A stretch of 64,000 nt of DNA from Leucoraja ocellata (lineage: Eukaryota). A model generated the notes under the pieces. It saw only the letters and a list, made by a program, of their open reading frames with translations, did not search any database and was not told the DNA's origin. The stretch spans positions 248,001 to 312,000 of the forward strand of contig JAWMAR010000421.1 of NCBI GenBank assembly GCA_036785375.1. Direction: 5' to 3'. The stretch's first letter is position 1; every line of letters starts with the position of its first letter. This document shows, piece by piece, positions 37,506 to 49,500 of the stretch. The position numbers and the translations under genes are program-made.

Positions 37506-40500
37506 GTACGTATGACAAACCAATTCCATGATGCTGAAGAACAGAGACCTCAGAGCTCTGCAACGGCTGAGGATCTTGCTGACAAGACCAGTGATTGTTG
37601 ACTGTAGCTCTTTCCCTGGGAAGGGAAGTGTAGGGGGAAGCTGCCCACTCCAGCCAATCCAGTCCATGTGATGCTTTGTGCTTCCACAGCGCTATTGTGT
37701 AGGAATGGGATCCCATCCCAGACACCAGAACCAGACAAAATGAGGAAATACAAGAAAAGATTGCACATATTCTGCAGATTATGCAACACAGGTGGAGAGA
37801 GAAAAAAAGTTAATGTTTCACTTTGATGGCCTTCCATCAGAACAAGATTAAGTAGATAGGATTGAGATAAACTGCCACATTGTGTGGTGGATACAGATCC
37901 AGTAATGGTCCAGGGATGGGGAGTGGGGCAAACTAGATTACTTCTAAAGAGCCACTTAGCATTGATGGGGCTCCTTCAGCGCTGAATCCACTAATTTCAC
38001 AATTAACATTTTGAACCCTGACTTATGCAGTTTTGTGGCTTTTTTCCAGCTCGAGTGTCAGAACAATCTGAAAAAGTTGGAGCAGCAACTGATACAGATG
38101 GAGACATTTTCTAACAACCTGCAGGAAATCTTTGTCACTGTTGAAGTAAGAGTTTTGATTTTTTCCTGCTTCCAGTGTTCACAGTTTGTCAACATTTCAT
38201 CAACAGCTTCACCTTGATGTTGTTGCCGTATCTGATAACATTTTTCATTTCACTATTGTACATAGCAGGAAAGATGTACCCGTCTTTCCAATGAGATGAT
38301 AAACTGTGTAATAAGTCCCCCCTCTTGACTCTGACCTTCTCGTTCTAGATTCTATTATCTTTCAAACTGTTTCAATGTGGTCACCGCATTCTTCTAAACT
38401 CCAGAGAATGTCGGCCCATTGGCCTCAGCTTCTCCTCAGATGATCTCCTTTTATTCCAGCAGCCACCTGGTAAATGAAGCTCACACACTCAATAACTTAT
38501 CGCATGCTCTTTCCTTCATATGGAAATCACGGGGTTATGAATGCAGCCTTGTCCATCATGCAAACCAGCCTCCCCACCATCAATTTCATCCACACTTCAT
38601 ACTCTCCCTTGAGAGCTGCCAAAAGTCAAGGACCGCTCGCACCCTGTCCATTTCTCCCTTTCCCCATTAGGCAGAAGTTACAAAAGTTTGAAAGCTTGTA
38701 CGCACCTGACATGTGGGAATTCTTTAAAGGACCAGCATATTCCTGTGAGGATGAAAGACGAGGATGTCAAGGTTTAGGAACCTTGGATGACAAGATTCAA
38801 AAACAACTTCTTTCCCTCGGTTATCAGACTCTTGAACGGACCTCTCATGTGCCAAGGATGAATTCCTGATCACACGATCTTCCTCGTTACGGCATTTACA
38901 CTATTTTCTCTGCACTTTCTCCATAGCTGTAACACTATATTCAGCAATCTATTTTTCCCTCATGCACTACCTTTTCCACTCTGTCTAACTGTGTTGTTAC
39001 TTTTGTGGAGCTGTGGACTTGGACCCCAAGATCTCTCTGTATATGAATGCTGTTAAAGATCATGCCTGTGTATTTACTCCTTACATTTAACATACTAAAA
39101 TGCAACACCACACACTTACCTGGGTTAACTTCCATCTGTCATTTCTCCACCCACATCTATAACGGATCTATATCCTGCTGTATTCTTTGACATCCTTCGT
39201 CAATGTCCATAACTCTACCACAATTTATTGCTCCTTTTATATTCCTCAAGTCTCCTGTCTGATTTTAGCTTCCTAAACATGTTTTTTTGGGCTGAATGTG
39301 TGAATATTTAACCTGTCCACATTCTCCAGAGATGCTTTCTGACTCGCTGAGTTACTCCAGCACTTTGTGTCTTTTTTTGTAAACCTGCATCTGCATTTCC
39401 TTGTATCCATATAATATTTCTTGTCATCCACGGTTCCCAAACCTTGATATCCTCGTCTTTCATCCTCACAGGAATATGCTGGTCCTTTAAAGAATTCTCA
39501 CACGTCAGGTGTGTACTTGCTTTCAAACAGCCTCTCCCAAATCTTCTGCTGGAGTAACTCAATGGGACAGGCAGCATCTCTGGAGAGAAGGAATGGGTGA
39601 AGTTTCGGATCGAGACCCCTCTTCAGACTCGAAATGTCACCCAGTCCTTCTCTCCAGAGATGCTGCCTGTCCCGCTGAGTTACTCCAGCATTTTGTGTCT
39701 ACCTTCGATTTAAACCAGCATCTGCAGTTCTCCCAATCTTCTTCCCCAGTCTAATACCTTACAGAAGTCCTACAGAAACAGCATAGGGTTCTGCCATCAC
39801 CAGATATAATCCACATTGCTGGACAAGTCCCAGAGTCCTGCAATAAATAACACATAACATTGACAAAAGAGCAAATTGCCACATTATCTTGTTTTTCTTC
39901 ATAATATCAGAGATATTCCCTTTGTTTTACCCATCCTGCTCCCACCTTGTCTGTTGCTGAAAACTATTGAAAACCAACTTAATTTCTCTCGTTCCCAATT
40001 CTGGTGAAGTGTTTCAGACCCAAATTGTTCATTTTGATTTTCTTCGCACGGAGGCGGAGAGGCTGCCCAATCTTTTTGCCATTCGCTGATTTTATCAAAG
40101 GCTTTGTAAATTCAATGATGCACTGATATCTTCATCATTATTCTTAACACCACATTGTGTTTGAACAACAGGAGAACATTGGTAAACAGGAGCACTACCT
40201 GGAACTGCAGTACGACGACTTGATGCAGTTGTTAGTTCAGCGTTTCGAGGACAGGAGCCAGGGGCTAGAGGAGGAGAAGAAGCAGAAGCTGGAGAAGTTG
40301 TACAATATGCTGGTGAGCTGTGGGCACAGCATGGATGGCTACAAGGAACTGATGGAAGCCACTGACGTGCTCTTCACGACTGAAGACAAGCCAGCTTTCC
40401 TGAAGGTAATCTCGCATACAAAGATGGTGTCTGCGGTTTCTCGAACACTCATTAGATATTAATAGATCCTCACGCTGGCATTCCTGCTTTCCCAGTACTC

Positions 40501-43500
40501 ATCTTGGATTTTCCTCTGGCAGTCCCACTCTTTCCATTCTCATTCTGCTGTTTTCCCCCTGTATCTCAATGCTGCTCTGGTATTCCAGCAGTTCCTAAAC
40601 CATGATTTCCTCCCTATCCTGGTTGCCTTCCACTTTTTTTGCGTAGAAAATTTCTATCTGTTTCATTCCTTCGCCATCTTTTGAGGAAGAAAGTGCCAAC
40701 GATTCATGACCCTGGGAGAGAAAATATTGTGCTTCATCTCTGCCTTAAAAGGGCGAGTCTTATTTTATATCAGTGACTCCATGTTCTGGATTCTCCCACA
40801 AGGAAGATCATCCTCTTCACACTGACCCTGTCAGATCTCTCAGGATCTTACTACTTCATTGAGTCATACAATTATATTGAACTGTCCTTGTCAACCAAGT
40901 TGCCTGCTTTTGGCCCATATCCCTCCAAACCATGTGCCTGTCCAAATGTCTTTTAAACCTTGTATTTGTACCCTTCACTACCACTTCCTCTAGTAACTCG
41001 TTACACATACCCACCACCCTCTGTTTCAAAAGACTGCTGTTCTGGTCCCATTAAAGTCTTTCTCCCTCACCTTAAATCTATGTCCTTTAGTTTTAGACGC
41101 CCCTTCTCAGGGAATAAGACCAACCATTCACTTTACTTGTGCCCCTCATGATTTTATTTACCTCAAAACGGTTACCCCTCAGCCTCCTTCACTCCAGGGG
41201 AAATAAACCTCAATCAACTCTCCTCTTGCTGTTCTTAACTCCACTGAATATAAGCTTAATCTGCCCAATTTTTCCTCATTCAACCTGCTTATTCCAGGAA
41301 TGCAGCTAATAAACCTTCTGTGAACTGTATCTCCTTATGACCAGGCATGAGGAAATGCACGGACTGGCAGTTGTCAGTGGACTACAGCATGGACTGGGAG
41401 ATTAGATCCGTAAAGTCACAGGTTTAGACAGCACAGAAACTGACCCTTCACCCAACTTGTCCATGCCAATCAAGATGTCTATCTGAGCCGAAGGTAGACT
41501 CAAAATGCTGGAGTAACTCGGCAGGAGAGGCAGCAATTCCAGAGAGAAGGATTGGGTGAAGTTTCGGGTCGAGACCCTTCTTCAGACCCGAAGCGTCACC
41601 CATTCCTTCTCTCCAGAGATGCTGCCTGTCCTGCTGAGTAACTGCAGCAGTTTGTGTCCACCTTCGAATTATAGCAGCATCTGCAGTTCTTTCCAACTCC
41701 CAATCTTCTTCCCTAGTCTAATACCTTATAGAAGTTCTATAGAAACAGCAGAGTTCTGCCTTCACCGGATATAATCCACATTGCTGAACAAGTCCCAGAG
41801 TCCTGCAATAAATAACACATAACATTGACAAAAGAGCAAATTCCCACATTATCTTGTTTGTCTTCATGATATCAGAGATATTCCCTTTGTTTTACCCTTC
41901 CTGCTCCCACCTTGTCTGCTGCTGAAAACTATTGAAAACCAACTAATTTTCTCTATCTGAGCCATTTACTTGCCCATATCGCTCTAAATCTTTCCTAATA
42001 TAGATTTTGAAGTATCCCACGTTTAGAAGATAATTTAACTTCTTTTGGTAAAAGTAAAGGTTATACATTCTGTGATGAATAATATATCTAATTTCCATTT
42101 AATAACAACAGAATGGAGAAACAATCCTGAGCAGGTAACATTGGAATGGATCGCTGTATTTGTGTCAGCGTAGAATGCTGCACTGTTTTTGTGTTAACAC
42201 TGGAACCAAACCAGAAAATGTTAGAGACATTCAGCTGGTGCAGCAGCATTTATGGAAAGAGAAATAATTAACATTTCATGTAACTCTTCAACCTGAAACA
42301 ATAACTGTTTCTCTTTCCACTGATGCTGTCTAACCAGATGATTGTTTCTAGCTACGTGTTTGTATTTTTAATGCAGACTTCATATATCTGCAGATTTTTG
42401 CTTTTGCTTAACGCCCCATTGTAGTTGGGTTAAAGCATTTAATGGGTCATCATAACATTGTTTGTGTGATTTAGTTTAGAGGTACAGCACGGAAACAGAC
42501 CCTTCGACCCACCTGGTCCACGCCAACCAGCCATCCCCGCATATTAACACTATTATCAACACTATCCTACACATACTAGGGACAATTTTTACGTACCAAG
42601 CCAATTAACCTACATACCTACAAGTCTTTGGAGTGTGGGAGGAAACCGAAGATCCCGGAGAAAACTCACGCAGGTCACGGGAAGAACGTACAAACTCTGT
42701 ACAGACAAGCACCCATAGTCGGGATCGACCCGGCTCTCCGGTAGCTGCATTTGTTGTAAGGCAGCAACTCTACTGTTGCACCACCGTGTATTAACATGTA
42801 TTAACACTGGAAATGCTCATTGTATGTGTGTGAACAATGAAATGGCCCAGTATGGAAACTGTGTTGGAATTTATGCTCCTAACATTACTGCACCTTTAAA
42901 AGCTCGCAGAATTAGAGAAAAATACGAATTCTTATCCTGCCTTTATCTTAAGCAAAAGCAAAGTTTTGTGTATTGCTCGAGATTCCAGCATCTTTATTTC
43001 CTTGTGCATCCCTCTTGCATTTATCTTGTTGCTGTTCGTCCTCCTCACCAAAGCCTGCGCTTTAACCTGTCAGCAGCAATTTCTCAAATTAGCCCTTTCC
43101 AAAATGCAGGTGACAGTGAGTGTTCAGAACTGTACCAGTCCTGTCACCTGACGCAGACCTCATCTTTAAACCCAACTCATCCCACCTTCTCTGTCCTCAA
43201 CATATCATGACCCAACATATCACTGCTTCTTCTACAATCCACAGGCTGGAAGAGTTTCTCCAAGACTTGAACCCAGAACTTCCGACCCCACATGAATTTG
43301 AGAATTTTCCAACAGATATGGCTGAGGTGCAACGGTTAATAGACTCGATCTGCAGCATCCCAGGTATGTGAACAATGCATATGTGCACACACACACACAC
43401 TCTTCCCATATGCTCACACATACAGATCTATCTGTATCTGTATCTGGGGAGTATCGCCCCAGCGCAGAGGGAGAAGAGGAGGGAAGAGACTGCAGATCTA

Positions 43501-46500
43501 AGACTTTTGCCTCCATCACAGTGAGGAGATGCTGGGTGGACTCGCTGTGGTGGATGTTAATATGTGTTTATTGTTGTTTTATTGTATTGTATTATATGTA
43601 TTGCTGCAATTTTGTTCAGACTTCGGTCTGAATGACAATAAAAGGCTATCTATCTATCTCTTACACATATACGCACCTACTGCTAATGTGCACACACCTA
43701 CTGCTCACACACCTTCCACACACACACTCCCACTCACAGACAAGCACCCCTCGTGCACACACACACATCCATCCCACTCACACTTACAACCTCCTACACA
43801 TGCACACCGACCACACACACCTCCCACAGACACACCCACTCACCCACTGAACACAAAGTTAGACATAAAGTGCTGGAGTAACTCAGTGGGTAAGGCAGCA
43901 TCTGTGGAGGCAAAGGGATGGTTGATGCTTTGGGTGGAGACCCTACATCAGGACTGAAAGATTAGAGGCGAGGCCACAGCATAAAGAGGTGAGAAGGAGC
44001 AGCGAGGCAGGGGTAGACATGAGATAGGTGGAACCAGGCAAGGAGTGAGATGATGGGCAGATAGCGCCAGGTGGTGGAAGGGGAGGGTGGAAACAGAGAC
44101 AGGTGCTGGAAGGTGATGTGCAAACAAGGCTGCAAATAGTGAATGGAATAAATAAGGAAGCCACTGGCTCCAGGCTCCAACTCCTTTCTCATGTCTACAT
44201 TGGAACACATAATTAATTAAAACCATTGTTAAACAAAATAATACAAACAAATTAATAAGCTTTCCCTTGATCCTTTGTCCTAGGATCCCGATTGATCCAG
44301 CTGGGTCTCAGATCCTGCTCCAAAACTGAACAGGTGCAGGCAGGATCAATGAGGTGACTTTCCCCATGCGCCACTAGAGAGCCAAATAGTAAGGCTCTCA
44401 TTATTCTGCTCCATGTGGAATCCAGTGGCCAAGAAAACAAACTGGTTCTGCCGTCCCAGTCTGACAGAATTCCCAGCCTCCACATCTGTGTGAAGCTGGG
44501 GCTTGGTGTGAGTTCGACAAGCCAGCAAGGTGCACCCCACTATGTTCACTTTGTGAGTAAGGCATTTCATTCTGAGTCCTTGTTGAAACGTTCATCCCAG
44601 TAGGTTTCTCCAGAACAAACTCTAGCTAATTTCATGGTGCACTAACGAACCCTCCATGCTGTGTGAAGTTACAGGCATCAGTTTGGATTGGATATAATTG
44701 GATATAACGAGTTACAGGGAGAAAGTGTCTAATTACAGGTTAATGTGTTACAGGGAAAGAGTATCTGATCACAAGTTTATGAATAATATAGATAATGTAC
44801 CCATCATAATGTTAATGGGTTGAAGGGATAGAGTGTGTCCATCATCAAGGTAATGAATGGGAAGTTGATTGTACTCATCACTAATTGTGTGAATTATATG
44901 AAAAGCGTATTTACCACCAGGTTAATGGATTAGAGAGTGTGATCATAACCAGGTGTGTTACAGGTGCAGTGTCTGAGCTCCAGGGAATCTAACACTGGGT
45001 TGATGTGCCACAGGAAATGGCATTGGGTCATTTGATTGTGAAGCTGTGCTCATTACTGACTGGGTATTTGTCTGTGCAGTGCCGTCAGCCCCATCAATGT
45101 GTCCCCAGTCTCCCGACACAGCAACCTCCACCTCAGTGAAAGTCCGTTGGAGCCTCTCAGCCGACGATACAGTGGAACATTACCAGTTGTACTACAGAAA
45201 ATTAGGAGACAACACACAAGACGAGGGGGCTGCAGGTTTGTATTGAGGGCAGTGTGGGAATTAGAGAAGTGTGAGTTTTATGAAGGGAACCTTTGACTGC
45301 CGACAAATTTTGACAACTGATTTCTGACAAGACAGCTTAAGATTCAAAGAATAATCTTATTCATCCATAAAAGTCTGAAGGGGATTGACGGGGTGAGTTT
45401 GGGAAGCTGTTCCCTCTGACTGAAGAGCGAGGAGCCTGGGACACTGCCTCGGGATTGCAGTAGCCATGAGAGGAGGAGAGGTTTGGTTTCTCAGTGGGAT
45501 TGGAAATCTCTTCTGGAGAATGAGTGGATCGTCGAGCCATAGAACTATACAGCATGGACACAACATGTCCTTACTGAGAAACCTGCCATTCTGGGCTAGT
45601 CCCATTTGCCTGCATTTGGCCAATGTCCCTCTATATCCTTCTTATTCATTTACTGTCTGAATGTCTTTTGAAAGCTGTACTTGTATCCACTTTGTAACAA
45701 CTTCTTTCCAGATACAGAGCATCCTCTGAGTGCCCCTGAGGTCCCTTTTAAATCTCTCCCCCCTCACCTTAAGCTTACTCTCTCCTGTTTGAGAATCCTC
45801 TTCCCTGGGGAAAAGTGTGAGAGCTTACTTTATTCATTGTCCTCATATCTTTGTATTCTTCAATAAATGTCAGCCTTTACCTTACTATGCTCCAAGTAAA
45901 AGATCCCAATCTATTCAGCCTCTCCCTACAACTGCGTCTGAGCCCGCAAGTCCTGGTAAAATGATGGTGAATCTCTTCTGCACCCTTTCCAACGTAATGA
46001 CATCCTTACTATAGCTGGGTGACCAGAACTGCACACAGTACTCCAAGTGTAGACTCACCAATGACTTGTACAGCTTCCTGATGTCCCAACTCTTGATCTC
46101 AATACCCCATCCCAATGAAGGCTTTGGTATGACACACCAAAGAGCAACACTTTATACACGTTATAAAATGACACTTTTGATACAACACAATTGTAGGCAT
46201 AGGGTCAGTCACAATCTTAATGAATGCAGAGCAAGCTCAAAGGACTACTCCTTAGCTTGCTCCTAGTCCTATTCCTTGTTCCAGTAATGTGGAGTTCTCT
46301 TGCCTTCTTGCACTCATTGGCCACTCAGGCACAGCTATATTGACATTGCCACCTTCTGCAGGAGAGAGTGGGCTTGGGGTTGGAGGAGGGGCTCAGGGAC
46401 AAAGGTGGCGGTTGAGAGCGGAATTCACTCTGAAGCTCCAGCCATCCCAAATTCCTCGTGCTCTATCTGGGACTCAGCAGAATCTTGTCTCCTGTCTATG

Positions 46501-49500
46501 CATGAAGCCACATATGATATTTTGTGGTATTAATTCTTCGACGGGTTGTTTTATGGAGCATATAGCACAGATATGGGCCCTGTCAGCCCACCTCATTTAT
46601 TGCAAACGCATCCATGCCAGCATTACAGCACTGTCCTTGAATCAGTTCAGCCCAGCTAACCAAAGTCTGTTCTCTCAGATGCGTCGCTGAGAGTGAAGGA
46701 AATGTTCTGTACCGTGAGGAACCTGCAGACTGGCTCCATGTACGAGTTTTGGGTCACAGCCTCCAACTCTGCCGGTACAAGTGACGGCAGTGACCATGCG
46801 GTGTTTACCACAGGTAACGTACTGGACGTGCCTCAGGCTGTGATCGGGCGGGCCATCGATGGGGAGGTCACTGACGCACTCAGTTCATGCCTGTAATCTA
46901 TTCAGGTTTTGTGTAGGCACCAAAGTGTTCAGAAGAACATAAAGTGGTGTGGGACTGTTGGCACAAAGCCAGTAGCCCAGTCTGCGGCATTCAATGCACC
47001 AGACCAGACACCACACACCGGACTGGACATCATATTAGACACGAGACAACATGCCAAACATCAGATTGGAAACCAGAACATACACCAGTGTAGACATCAG
47101 CCAACATAATGGCAGACTAGATGCCAGACACCAGACACCTGACCACGACACATCAGCCACAAAACCAGACACCTGTCGACACACTAGCAGATACCAGCAG
47201 CACCACCATTTGCCCAGGGGATGGTGGAGCTTGCTTGGTTTTGCTGCCATTTGCATTTAAATAGTGATTGGGGCTGGATGTGATCATTAGGAAACAGGCA
47301 GGCTTCCCACTGTCCTGCTGAAGCCGCTGCTCTGGACATATCCAGGCCCAACAGGGGCCATTCTCCCAGGAACCTGGAGAAATCAGTCCACTTGCCCGCC
47401 ATGGCCGCAGGGTTAGATCCATAGCCGGCAATGGCTGAGCTGGAAGGTGGGAGCCCAGCCTGACACCAAAACCTCACCTTGCCTCTGTTTCTCAGTTCCA
47501 GCAGCTCCGAGCATCAGCAGCAGAGCGGTGGCGGTGTGCCAGAGTGCAGTGTTCATGGAGTGGGAGCCCGGGAGCAGCCCACCACCGCACTCCTATGCCC
47601 TGGATTTCTGCCAAGTCTGCAGTGGCTGTGATTGGACAGAATCACTCACAGAGTAAGTGGAGGCCAGGCCATGAGAGGGACTCTGGGGTGAACACTGCTG
47701 TCAATAAACCCAGGATCTATCCACCTCCCAGCAATAATACGATCTGCTGGAGGAACTCAGCAAGTCCAGCAGCATCTGACGGAGGAAGGAATTGTCATAG
47801 TGCATGGACACCAAGGTCCTCTGAACAACATCTTTCAAACTCTCACATTTAGTGTCCTTGGCACTTCACTCTTCAGCTGGAGGGAACAGGCTCTCTGACT
47901 CACTCTGTCAATCTGCTTTAGTGTTTTATGGATGAACAAGATTATTCTTTGAAACTATGGTTTTGCTATTAAGTGGGTCCTATTATTTTTCCATATTATA
48001 TTTCTTCAATAATTTTTTATTATTGCTAAGTTCTCCATTATTTCAGGTTTGTTTTCAGTTTCTCTGCTATTTTTGTAAAATGTCACCTGCCGCAGGGGCA
48101 CAGAGTAACTTTTGCTCATCTTTTGCTTTCAATGCATGAATAGGAACTATTTTAGCAACTTTGCTTTGATCAAATACCAACTAACTGTGCTTGACAGCCA
48201 AGGTTGGGCCACATCCAGTTGGAGTATTTTGTATAATCATTTATATATTGTCATTGCTTCTAAACTGTCATACCTTTGATCATAGTTCCAATCTACCAAT
48301 CATCATCTTGCACCTCATGCCTTCACTATATGCTTTATTCAAACTTAACAGCCTGGTTTCAAATTGAGCTAAATCATTTTCAGTCTGAGGAAGGGTCTCG
48401 ACTACGAAACATCACCTATTCCTTCTCTCCATAGATTCTGCTTGTCCCATTGAGTTACTCCAGCATTTTATATATATCCTAAATCATTTTTAATCCTGAT
48501 ATAAAATTCTGATCGCTGTTTGTAAAGGGCAACTTCACTGCTGGATGTTGATTTTGGCCTGAACTCAGTGACACTGCAGCCAGTGACAGGTTGGATTCTG
48601 AAATCACTCTCCCCATCATTAAGCGGTCACTACTCGGGTTTGGACCTGTACTTTGGGGAGCAATACCAAGAAAGTAGCAATAGTATGGACAGTCAACATG
48701 GAATTATGAAGGAAAATTGTGATTGACAAATCTGTTGCAATTTTTGACATAATGAGCAGTACATGCAAGAACAATCCAGTTGATGTGGTGTATTCAGACT
48801 TTCAATATGCCTTAAAAGTGCTAGAGGAAGGATTGTGAAACAAAATGAGTGCCTACTATTGTGACAATGTATTGACACGGATTGAGGATTGGTTAATTAA
48901 GCAATTAGTTAGGAAAGCAGAGTAGGATTAACTGTAACCAGCGAGTTGCCCCAGGGATTGATTGATTGTGCACAATCATTTTAGCAATGATTTTACTGAT
49001 TCGCAGTAAAGTGTGAATATAGAACAGCACAGGACAGGAATAGGCCTTCAGCAGACAATGGCTGTGCTGACCTATGTCAATTTACTCTGCACATCTGTCT
49101 GTACATGGTCCGTATTCCTCCATTCCCTGCCTCTACATACCTCTAAATGCCTCTGAAACATTGCTGTTGTGCTATTGTACGTGAGCGAAACCAAGGGATT
49201 TATTCTGATCCAAGGTTCAACGGGTTTGACAGGGTAAGTATAGGATTGATAATTAGGTGGCCTAGAATGGGGTTACACATTCAGTATCAAGGGGTTAGCC
49301 ATTCAGGACAGTTTAAAACATTTTTTCATCCAGAGGGCCATGTGGCTGAATCTCAGTGCATTCAAGGCAGAGATTGAGAGATTTTTGGTGAGTGACTTTA
49401 AGTGAGTGACTGGGATGTGTGGGACAGTGATGCTCAGCCCTGTTCTCACTGGATGGTACAGCAAGCACGAGCCGAATGGCCTGATCTTGCTTCGGTTTCT

